Shown piece after piece: positions 51,301 through 61,844 of a DNA stretch of 64,000 nucleotides (its first letter is position 1; the number at the start of each line of letters is the position of its first letter). Location: contig MU053629.1 of assembly GCA_013239625.1 (NCBI GenBank), forward strand, positions 957,567 through 1,021,566, given 5' to 3'. Under the pieces are notes generated by a model, which saw nothing but the letters and a program-made list of their open reading frames with translations, did not search any database and had not been told where the DNA came from. The stretch is from Lama guanicoe. Its lineage: Eukaryota. A program made the translations under genes and the position numbers.

Positions 51301-54300
51301 ACCATGAATAAATATTATATAGGCATAATAAATAAGGGCAAAGAAATATGATTATGGATTTTGTCTTAAAAAATAAGATTCCCATCCATTTTTAGTACAG
51401 ATCATACAATCTCTGTTGCCAGAATCTAAAATGATATAAGGGTATGTATTCAAAACAATATATATATTTGTATATGTATTTGTGTTTTAATATATATTTG
51501 AAACAAGGTTTTTATACCTACATATATTTTACTTAAAAAAAAGAATTTGCACAACTGTTTATGCCTGAAATGATGAGTAGTTAGGTATATTAAGAATACG
51601 ACAGTTAACTCAGAAAACCAATTTGCTTTTCTTTCCCTTTCTGTTCCGTTGCCAGTTGGAAGGATTTTTTAGTTTAGAGATAGAATTTATTTTCTTATTT
51701 CATTATCACAGAAAGGAATAGATTCATGTGAAATTTTAAGTATGCTGATCATTTTATTTTTGTGTTAGGGACATGGAATAAGCAGGGCCATTGCAAAGTT
51801 GACTAAATTTGTTAATGTATCATCCATGATCTTCCCCTAAATGCTAAAGTAAAATACTCCAGTTTTAAAGATATGCCAGTTTTCAGTGGGAATATATTTT
51901 ACATGATTTTAAATAATAATGAAGCATTTTCTTTTTTTTCCCCCTTACAATGATGTCTCAAGGTAGTCAGTTTTTGTATTCAACTTTTGGCTATACCCTA
52001 CTGGCAGCCATAGTAGAAAGAGCTTCAGGATATAAATATTTGGACTATATGCAGAAAATATTCCATGACTTGGATATGCTGACAACTGTGCAGGAAGAAA
52101 ATGAACCAGTGATTTACAATAGAGCAAGGTAAATGAATACCTTCTGTTGTGTCTAGCTGTATCTCATCTTCAGAATATGTTATCAATTCAAAGTCACATT
52201 TTCTTTGTCTCCATTCCAAAATCAACTTGCCACGTTTTGGGAGCTTTCCTGCATGTCTGTTTTTCCACCTATAATGTAAGGGAGATAAAGTGTATTTATG
52301 GGCAGAGGATGTAGCTCAGTGGTAGAGTGCTTGCTTAGCATGCATGAGGTCTTGGGTTCAATCCCCAGAACTTCTGTTAAATAAATAAATAAATAAACCT
52401 ATTAACCACCCCCCCAAAAAATAAAGGGATTATTTCAGTCTCTTTAAAATAAAAACATTTTTAAAAAATTTTTTTAAATAAAATGTATCTGTAAAGGATC
52501 CCAAGATCCTTAGATGAAAGATAGCAACAATAATTTAAGCACATGAATGATTAAAACAAAATTGCTCCCATCGTGGGCATTTATAATTTGCTCTTCCATT
52601 ATCCCTTTTCTTAAGTTTTAGTTAATACTTTGTTTATTTACCTTTTATTGTTTTTAATTGTTTTTAATTTTGAAATGACTTCATACTTATAGAAACTTAT
52701 ACTAGTATATATTTATGCTAGTACAAAGAATTTTTATACACCTTTCACCCAGATTCCCCAAATGGTAATCATTATCTGTCTGTCTGTATGTTATTTTTTT
52801 CTCAGCCATTTGGAAATAAGTTGCAGACATGGTACCCCTTATCCCATAAATACTTAAATGTGTATTTTTAAATAAGGACATTCAGGAAATTAACATCAAC
52901 AGTGTGCTCACATCAAATCTACAGACCTTATTCAGTTTGCCAATTGTCTCAATAATGTCCTTTATAAGAAAAGGAAAGTACATTTTCTTTTCTGGTGTAG
53001 TCTAATATAGGATTACACATTATATTTAGTTGTCAAGTCTCTTAGAAGTCACATGAGTTCAATTTGTTCCTTAACTGGTGATGGTAATTTTAATTGCTCT
53101 GTTGAGGTTGTATATACCAGGTTTCTCCACTGTAAGAGTTTAAAATCATTTTATTGAAATGTATCAACTAAAATTTTTTCATAATTTTTACTAGTAATTT
53201 GTGTGTGTGGGGAGGATTGGGAGAGAATTCTGAGGCTTAAGACTAATATTAAGTTTTACAGTTACAGTGTTTCTTTTTCTGTTTTACTCTTTTTTTAAAA
53301 ACTTTTTTTATTGAGTTATAGTCATTTTACAATGTTGTGTCAAGTTCCAGTGTAGAGCACAATCCCATTTCTTGAGAAAGGTAACAACACATTTAATAAA
53401 TCAACTGTTACTTTTACCTTTTAAGTTTCCATTAGTACATACTTTACAAATGGCTTAATAGTACTTGACTAGGTGAAATGGTGAATTAGCTTTATTTTCC
53501 TGTCACAATATACTAGTTTTGTTCAATCTTCTGTTGTATTTAGTTAAATTACCATTTTAAAATTACCAGCTTATTTAAAAGTATCAAATGTGCATTGTAA
53601 ATCAGCCTGAAAGGGCTTTTTGGGACCTAAAAGAAATTAGGTTAGCAGCAAGCAATGAATTTTAATTTTTAGATGATGTGTAGTGTTCAACCACTTCCGA
53701 CAGTGTTTATTATTTTTTAGTTCAACATTACATTCTACTGAAAAGCTTAAGAAAAAATGATAAATACCTGAAGTTTTCAGTTGAATCTAGAAAAGATTCT
53801 CTAGTAAAGATGGCATAGATGCATGACCTTATTTTGATTTAGATCTAACTATTTTATAACAAATATCTACACTTTTTTATAAGGGAGAGAAGAACATTAT
53901 GTATAATCATTGAGTCTCTATTTTCAGCTGAAAATTAAGGCTCCATGAAGGTGCAGACTGCCAGGCAGCTATCATTTTATGTTTTCTTAATGAGTGGTTA
54001 ATTTATGACTTGCTCAAAAATCAAAATATGGTGTATGATGTTGAGTTAATTTCATTTTATTTCCCGTTCTTTGAAAAAAGGCAGTGGGTTTCTGTTTCTA
54101 CTGTTAAAGGTTCCTATTAGCTCTGGGTTTTTTCTTTAGATGTTGAAGATGCTAAAGGAGTAGTTGATTCATTTTACGTAGATTAAATGGGTTGCAGAAG
54201 TAAAATAGGGCACTAAAAAAAGAAGGAAACATTGTTACCTAGGAAAATATTCTGTCCTTTTGCTTTGTTTTTATTTTGCTTGATAAAATATCTATTTGGG

Positions 54301-57300
54301 CCTCTAAAACTCAACTCTGATTCTTTTTTATTTTTGTAATATTCCAAAAGAATTTAGATGCACCAACTTTTGGGGGAAGTTCAGGAAGTGAAAGAAATCT
54401 TCTCAAAGATAATATATTTTTAAAAACATTAAAGCGAAACTTAGTAAATGTGTACGTTTCTGTTCATTTGTTTTATGGCACCATTTTGCAGGAAATAAAA
54501 TTTCCAGCAAGTTTGTAGCTTTGTTTAGTCTACTGACCCTTTGGTATAATCATAAATTAAATATGTTTATATTATCTTGACCTAGGCTTTTTAGAGTTAT
54601 TGTATCCCGAGTAGATATTTATCATCTTTATCACTCTTCCGTTTGTATGTGTGTGTTTAAAACAGTGCCTCCCAGTGTCTGTCACCTCTTTAAGGTATTT
54701 CCCCAGAATCCCACCCTAAAATACTGCTGATATTTCTTTGATCAGAATTTTAGCAACAGACCACATTCAGCTGTAAGTGATGCAGCAAAATTAGTATTCA
54801 GCTGGGTACATTGTTGCCCTGAATAAAACTGGGATTTTTCTTAAATGGAATAAGACTATTGACTCTCTATATGTATATAAATATATTGATTCTGTATCTC
54901 AAGTATATTCTGTTTAGACAAGTAAACTAAATAACACTTTACACTTTAAGCAAAGACCCACAGGGAAGTGGCATTAATGTTCTTTTCACTGAAAGACACT
55001 CAGTTTGTTGGTGGGGGACTCCGTAGTCAAGGCATTAGCCTCCTCTGTTCATATTTTTCTCTGTGTTTGGCACAATACTTAAGACAAAAATATCCTTCAT
55101 AATTGGATAGGACCAAAATCAAATGGATGTTTTCTGAAGTGCTTGCTGTATATTGATAATATAGATATAGCCTTTACCTTCTCTTTTTGTCTTCATTATT
55201 ATTTATTATCTTTATTTTATAGAGTATCTTCTAAAATTAAACATTATTACTTATGAAGCTCTTTTTCATGGACTCTTGTAGTAGGTTCAGTCTATGTTAA
55301 TGCTAAACGTTAGAATAAGATTGGTTTTAATAACATGCATTTTAAATTCTGTGGATTTTTTACCTTCTTATAGCAACAAAATATAATGTGGTACGTAATT
55401 GTTTCTGCAGGCATTTAAGAAGCATTTTAAAAATACAAATATTTTGAATTTGTAAGTTTGTAGATATAAAGTTCTGTGGTAATACAGTGTTCTTGTGCCG
55501 AATCTGGAGATTCTTAAATAAGTAGGAAAAGGCTGTTTGTTGTCTGGCATCATTTCATCAATTTTTTAGTTACAAAGATGTCCCAGTAATTTAAGAACTT
55601 GTGTCTATAATTCCATTCTTTTTAGAGCAGAAATTCCTTAAGAATTTGAAATAGTAAAGTTATCATTCAGTTGAACAAAATTATTTTTAGGAAAAGTCAT
55701 TAATTTGTCCTCTGTGAGAAGAAATCAAGAGATTAAAGTCTAGACTTTTCCTATTTAGAGTTTAGAATACTAGATTAAAGTCTAGAATTCTCCGTATACT
55801 TTTATTTTAAAGGAGGAATGACTGAATCATCCTAATTTCCGGCCTTGATTTTAAGTACTTTGAAACACTTTACTGTTTAAAGGAAGTTGCACAAAGCTGG
55901 TTATTAACCAAAATAGATTGGTAGTTCTCTCTTAGTTTACAAACTTGGAGTTCACTGTAAAAAATATATTTCTCAATGTGAAAATGTGTTCCTGTTATGT
56001 GGCTTCTTTTAGATTTGACTGGCTGGAATTACAAGTGTAATCAGGGCTCAGGCAGAAAGTAATGAGGACCTAAAATACAGGAGTGGCTATAGGAATGGAA
56101 ACAATGGAGAAAGGTGGGACACAAAGCTGAGGGTGAATAGTAGGATTTGGCATTATTGGATGTGAATGTTGAGGGTAAGAGAGGCAACCAACATTGTAGT
56201 AGAGAAGAGAAACATGAGATGAAGTTGTGGAAGACATTCGTTTTGGACATGAGATGAAGTTGTGGAAGACATTCGTTTTGGACATGTTCACTTTGAGCAG
56301 TGAGAAGATCACATATTAAATCATTGGTCCTCAAGATTCTCTGTAGACTTTTTTAACCTTCAAAGCACATACCTGTGGCCACCCCTGCTTTACCCAATAT
56401 TATGACTTGAACTTTTTGGGGACATTTAAGAATCTTGAAGGAAGAAAGAGGAGCCATTTTTCTTTGTCTTTTTAAAATAAGGTTTATTTCTTTTCTTTTC
56501 TCTCTTCTTCTTTTTTTTTTCTTTAGTGGAGACACTGGGGATTGAGCCCAGGACCTAGTGCATACCAAGCTTGCGCTCTAACCAGTGAGCTGGACTCCCC
56601 ATCCATTTGTCAAATTATATGTGCTCATTGTTCCTCTAAAGTTATGAATTTGGGGAGGATGATGCCCATAGGTGATTCTGATAAACAACTTTGAGGAAAA
56701 AACAAATTTGAGAATTATAAATGCTAGTAGAAACTCTGGCTGTAAATCTGGAGCAAGGGTTGTGGTACAGCTGCAGTTTTGTAGCTATCTCTGTGGAAAA
56801 GAAGGAAAAGAAGACCTGAAACTGGAACCGCTGATGATTGTAGAGATATGGGGACTCATAGGATTGAGAGCTAGAAAAGAGAGCTCAGAGCAAACTGGCC
56901 TGCGGGGAGGGTCAGTGAAGCCCTGGGCAACCAGGGTGAGGAGCTTACAAAGGAAATTAGAAGGTCCTTGGTAACCCACAAGAGAGCTGGTTGGTAGAGA
57001 TGGGGGAGCAGAAGCCATATTTTAAGGAACTGAATGAAGGGAGAGGTGAGTGCGTGGAAACACCAGGTACAGACTATTTCGTGTAGTTTGGCAATAAATG
57101 ATAGTGAAAGGTCTGGTAGCTAGAAGCTGTAACAAGGATAAAAAAGATTAAAAAAAATGTTTTCCCCTTAGGATATAGGAAACTACAGCATTTTGTGAAC
57201 TAAGATGAAGAAGTCAAAGTTCCTAGCATAACACACAAAGTCCTTTGTGACTGTGTCTTGTCCCATGTCTACTCCTCCAGCATCATCTTTTGAAGCTCTC

Positions 57301-60300
57301 TGCTTCAGCAAAAGTAAACTACTTTGCTCCCCAGCCCAGTCTCTGTGAGCAGGCATTTCAACAAGGCTAGCTTTCACTAGTGATTAGGATTCCTCATACC
57401 CATCTTGTTAGTATTGCAGAATTTGGGGCCCTCCCCAGACGTACTGAAGTAGAATCTGCGTTTTAACAAAATCCTCAGTTGATTCATATTTTGCTTTGAA
57501 ATTCAAGAGCTGTCCAACAAGACTGTTTGCCCTCTGAGAGCAGCCACAGTGTGAGGTTTTACTTGTCTCTTCAGTGCCTTGCAAGGAGTCTACATTAAGT
57601 ATTTGGCCAACAAATGATGCTTTCATGTGTTCAATGTATTTATGAAGCACTTAGTGGATGGCAGGTACTGTTCCAGATAGGGAAATCATCAGTGAACCAG
57701 GTGGATAAGATTCCTGCCCTCATGAGACTTACATTGCGTGGGAAGAAACAGACAAACGTGTAAACTGAGAATCTCAGATGTTGATATGAAGAAAATAAAA
57801 CAGGATGATGGGATGCAGAGAGAGTTTTAGGCCATGTCAGTTGAGCTGAGACTTGAATGATAAGGAAAGCTAGTTCACCTTTTTGCAAATACAGAAATGT
57901 CTGGCGTGAAAGAAGTAAGGCAAGGTGTTGTAAGTGATGAGGTCAAAAGAAGTAAGCAGGGGCTAAATCACATTGGACAGTGAGTCTCAATAGTTTTAGA
58001 CCCACTGCCCCTTACTTTAACAGATTGTTGTAACATCTCATTTAATATTCTGAAATGAAAGTGATAGATCACATAACCTACACTCAATACTTTAAAATAT
58101 AAAGAATATAAATAAAAGAAATATTTATAACACTTATAATAAATAGTAGATATCTCAATAGGTTAATGTTTACTCGTGACAACATGAGAAGACATAATAA
58201 AGTCAGATGCAACCTAATACGTAAAAGTATTTTAAATGTGAAATGCAGACCAATACGGGTATATTGGTGCTTCAGCTCTTGGCCTTGGTGGCTAACTCTG
58301 GCTAAAGTTTGAGCAAAATAGAATGTAGTCTCTTCACTTTTCGCAATGGTTACATTCAAGAAAAATTCATTGTAGAGTAAAAATGTGCAAGAAGTACTTT
58401 GTGTTCACATAGGAGACGGAGAGGGTTCTAGGCTCAGCTAGTTATTAAGAGTTTTTTACTTACATTAATATCATAGAATAGTTGAAGTTCTCACAGGATA
58501 TAGGAGAATGCACCACTGTGGATTTTCCCATACATCATAGGATACTTGGGACTCTTGGGCCCTTATCCACTAAGTGTCAGTAAGAGCCCACTAATAATCA
58601 TGACAACTGAAAAATGCCTCTCAAAATTTCCCTTAAGGAGTTGGTACTGCCTCTGTTGAGGAGCACTGATTGTGTTGTAGGCCATAGTAAGAAATACGGA
58701 TTTTTTTTTCTCATTGCCATGGTGACCATTGGAGGGTTTCAAATGGGTGGGAAAAAGGGGAGACAATCTGTGGCTTCTGCATGGAGGATGGACTGCAAGT
58801 AGGTAACATAATCTAGGAAGTGGAACTGGTGGAACAAGGCTGTAGAGGCAAGAAGAGTCAATCAAAGATGCAGGTAGTAGAATTAGTCTTAAAGACAATA
58901 GGAAAAATTCTAAAGTGCCTGGAGAGAAGGAAAAAAGATTGGATGATGATGTAAATGCATCTTAAGATAAAGATGGGAGTTTCTAGCTCACTTTGGATGG
59001 CCTCAACCTTGTCAGTAAAACAAAGGATATGGTTACCCGCTGACTGGGCCTGAGGTAGGGTAGAGGACTGAGGGTAAAGAGACTGGGAATCGCTATTATG
59101 AAGAGTATACCAGGAAGTAACCAGGAAAAGCATAAAGGGGTTTGAGGACAGCAGTGAAGACCCTTAGCAAGAGTATGAGTTGTTACCAGCCAGCTTTGTT
59201 ACAGGAGGTCCTGCAGCCTTTCTTGGCAGATACGGACTACCTACATTTATTCAGGATTGATGAATTGAGTAGTTTAAGTTCAGAAGAGTGAGGAACCCAA
59301 GGATGCTGGTGAGACCACAGCTGAAATAGTTGAAATGGCTGATGATATAGTTCAAGATAGGAGAGAAATCAAGTGAAAGCAGTAGGGACCAAAAGACCTG
59401 GAAAAATGGAAAGATTCAAGGGGAGGGAATGGATAGAGGTCCCACTGAGGGCAGAAAGAAGGTTCAGTTGGAGAGTTGGAATGATTGGGAGTCACAGTCA
59501 TAGAAAGAAAGTTCTGAGCATGAAACCTTAGCGTTAAAACAGTTTAAAGTGTTGGTGAGACTCAAGTCTGACAGTGCTTAAGAACAGCCAACGTAGGATG
59601 AAGATGAAGGTCATTAGGGCTGAGACAGTCAGCAAACAGGAAACCCAACAGCACCATTTTGCTGTGCATCTTGCAAGGAAGGATCTTGATGAGCCAGGAT
59701 TCTTTTTTTGCTTAATTATTTTGTGATCACATCTCATGTACCTAGTATTTACAGTACAGTCTCCTCATATTAGGATAGAAACCTCATGAGGTCAGTCTCT
59801 TTTGTTTAACACTTTATCCCAGCATCCCAACAGTGCCTGGCACATACAGTAAAGGTAGGAAGTCACCCACACACGAACTAATAGGGAAGTTAAAAGACAA
59901 AAGCAGTAAAATCCTCCGTATCCACAATAAGCAGTTAAAGGATACACAAAACAGATGTAAAGTATGATATCAAAACCAGTAATCGTGAGGGGAGGGGAGT
60001 ACGAATGCAGGGTATCTAAAATGCATTTGAAATTAAGACAGTGACTTAAAGCAATCATGTGTATATATAGACTTCTATGCCAAAATCTCACAAGAACCTC
60101 AAACCAAACAGTGCCTGGCACATAGTAAGTGCTCCATGAGTGATTGTTGAATGCTTGAGTAAATAACAGCTATCATTTATTAAGCACCTATCAGAAATAT
60201 GTAGAGTGCTTTATACATTTATTTCTTAACTCTGCAACGTAGACGTTTTTGTCCCTATTTTACAAATGAGGATGCTGAAGCAGAGAGGCAACAGACTGCC

Positions 60301-61485
60301 TGGGTTGTACTCCAACTCTGCCACTTAAAAGCTGTCACGTTAGACAAGTTATTTATAGTCTTAGTGCCTCAGTTTCCTCATCTGTAAAATAAGAATGATA
60401 ATGAAGTGTGCTGACTCCAGCTTCTCCGACTTCACCAAGAAAGTACCACATCACATCATTATACATAGTATTTCTATGCTATTCTTAACTAGGGGTGATG
60501 TAGTCTCCTTACAGATAATAACCTAATTCTTGAACATCCCCGTGTGTACATTTTTAGCTATAAAATTCCACATGGCACATGATTCACTGAGCCCAGGGAC
60601 TAAGAATATCTACCAAACGCTAGGTGTTCCTGCATATATTTTGCACAAGGCAAATATATATCGTGTGTAATACTAATCAGTACATTTTTCGCAGATGTTA
60701 GAAGTTTGGTACACTCAGCATGGGCAAGCCTTGCCAATAGAGAAACCAGCCTGCTTTCTATGCTTTAATTACTCAGTTATCTATATTTCATTAGAATTTG
60801 AATCATACTGAAAATAGTGGTTAGTTTCTGAGAATATATGTTCACTACAGGGAAGTACAGTCTGTCTCATGTGTACAGTTTTCTGTTCATTTTCATGTAT
60901 AAAGTTGATAATAGACTATCAAGTTTTTAATGATTATTCTTATTTCATTTTAGATTTTATGTTTACAATAAAAAGAGACGTCTTGTCAACACACCTTATG
61001 TGGATAACTCCTATAAATGGGCTGGTGGTGGATTTCTGTCTACAGTGGGTGACCTTCTGAAATTTGGGAATGCAATGCTGTATGGTTACCAAGTCGGGCT
61101 GTTTAAGAACTCAAATGAAAATCTTTTACCCGGATATCTCAAACCAGAAACAATGCTTATGATTTGGACACCAGTCCCTAACACAGAAATGTCTTGGGAT
61201 AAAGAGGGTAAATACGCGATGGCATGGGGTGTTGTGGAAAAGAAGCAAACGTACGGTTCTTGTAGGAAGCAACGGCATTATGCCTCACATACTGGAAGTG
61301 CAGTGGGTGCCAGTAGTGTCCTGCTGGTCCTCCCTGAAGAACTGGATGCAGAGGCTATAAATAACAAGGTTCCCCCACGAGGAGTAGTTGTTTCCATCAT
61401 ATGTAACATGCAGTCTGTTGGCCTCAATAGCACTGCTTTAAAGATTGCTCTGGAATTTGATAAAGACAGATCAGACTTACCTTAA
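47539..61485 (+). CDS. LACTB: LACTB, serine beta-lactamase-like protein, mitochondrial; join(47539..47907,48343..48409,49904..50094,50384..50735,51963..52128,60954..61485), 558 aa
   Basis: Exon lengths 369+67+191+352+166+532=1677 nt join into one open frame with GT-AG introns. The translation (MYRLLSAVTA...HRIKDEVGAPGIVVGVSVDG...RIASISKSLT...FLYSTFGY...YKWAGGGFLST...HTG...ALEFDKDRSDLP) matches mammalian LACTB. It has an N-terminal mitochondrial targeting-like peptide and PBP/beta-lactamase motifs SxxK (49969-49980), YST (51977-51985) and HTG (61288-61296). Confidence 0.97.
48343..48409 (+). CDS. LACTB: LACTB coding exon 2 (67 nt, DEVGAPGIVVGVSVDGREVWSE-G)
   Basis: Acceptor ttctttccctccgctcttag|GAT; donor GAAG|gtgggc. 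Too short to appear in the ORF track. Confidence 0.95.
49904..50094 (+). CDS. LACTB: LACTB coding exon 3 (191 nt, contains catalytic SISK)
   Basis: Acceptor ttattcccccgaag|GTTTAG; encodes LGYADVENRVPCKPETVMRIASISKSLT...YEGEK; donor AAG|gtaatg. Confidence 0.96.
50384..50735 (+). CDS. LACTB: LACTB coding exon 4 (352 nt, charged middle region)
   Basis: Acceptor tttttacaattag|GTT; encodes VSVTTRLLISHLSGIRHY...DPLFFKP; donor CCTG|gtgagt. Confidence 0.96.
51963..52128 (+). CDS. LACTB: LACTB coding exon 5 (166 nt, contains YST motif)
   Basis: Acceptor tctcaag|GTAGT; encodes SQFLYSTFGYTLLAAIVERASG...VIYNRA; donor GCAAG|gtaaat. Confidence 0.95.
52300..52482 (+). mobile_element. tRNA-derived camelid-type SINE in LACTB intron 5 (sense)
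   Basis: GGATGTAGCTCAGTGGTAGAGTGCTTGCTTAGCATGCATGAGGTCTTGGGTTCAATCCCC followed by (TAAA)n and an A-rich tail. Confidence 0.87.
56212..56286 (+). repeat. Perfect 35-bp tandem duplication
   Basis: ACATGAGATGAAGTTGTGGAAGACATTCGTTTTGG x2 plus ACATG. Confidence 0.95.
56455..56600 (-). mobile_element. tRNA-derived SINE in LACTB intron 5 (antisense, diverged)
   Basis: GGGGATTGAGCCCAGGACCTAGTGCATACCAAGCTTGCGCTCTAACCAGTGAGCT with a T-rich tail on the + strand. Confidence 0.8.
59847..60106 (+). mobile_element. Internal L1 segment (inter-ORF-like) without 3' UTR or poly(A)
   Basis: CAGTAAAGGTAGGAAGTCACCCACAC...TATGATATCAAAACCAGTAATCGTGAG...AATGCATTTGAAATTAAGA resembles the cetartiodactyl L1 ORF1-ORF2 spacer; 18-bp TSD AACAGTGCCTGGCACATA at 59829-59846 and 60107-60124. 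Confidence 0.75.
60954..61485 (+). CDS. LACTB: LACTB coding exon 6 (terminal, contains HTG motif)
   Basis: Acceptor tatttcattttag|ATTTTAT; encodes FYVYNKKRRLVNTPYVDNSYKWAGGG...DRSDLP; stop TAA at 61483-61485. Confidence 0.96.
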
Positions 61486-61572
61486 CATCACAGGTGCAGA
61501 ATGAGCTGTTTTGGGTTTTGGGGGTTTTTTCTTTGAAACATTGAAATCCCAAAATACATGATATTTTTTAAG

Positions 61573-61727
61573 AATAAATTTGTAATAGAGTGTAATTGAA
61601 TGCAGAGGATTATGGACCTCTAATTGCTTAATTTTGTAATTGTCTTTTATTGTAGGATTAGTTCTCTAAACTCAGGGAAGTAACTATATTTTTACTTTTT
61701 GAAAAAAGTGTTAACTCTTGAAATAAA
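61573..61727 (+). terminator. LACTB 3' UTR polyadenylation signals
   Basis: AATAAA at 61573-61578 and 61722-61727; the second is followed by T/GT-rich sequence. Confidence 0.75.
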
Positions 61728-61844
61728 ATATTCTGATAAAAAATGTACTTTTTGAATGTGTAATGTAGAGAAAAATCTCATCCAGTAGGACCTCAAAATA
61801 TTGTTCTTTTACTATGACAGCTGAAACAAGATTATGAGAAATGG

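Noticed and set aside
30745..56286. 30-bp and 35-bp direct repeats as CRISPR-like arrays
   Set aside because: Head-to-tail two-copy duplications with no spacers, in mammalian DNA
14896..56600. tRNA-like sequences as functional tRNA genes
   Set aside because: They have SINE bodies, A tails and TSDs and no complete cloverleaf; the Gly copy lacks its 3' half
47539..61485. Beta-lactamase homology as horizontal transfer or a resistance gene
   Set aside because: This is the standard intron-containing metazoan LACTB, an established mitochondrial protein
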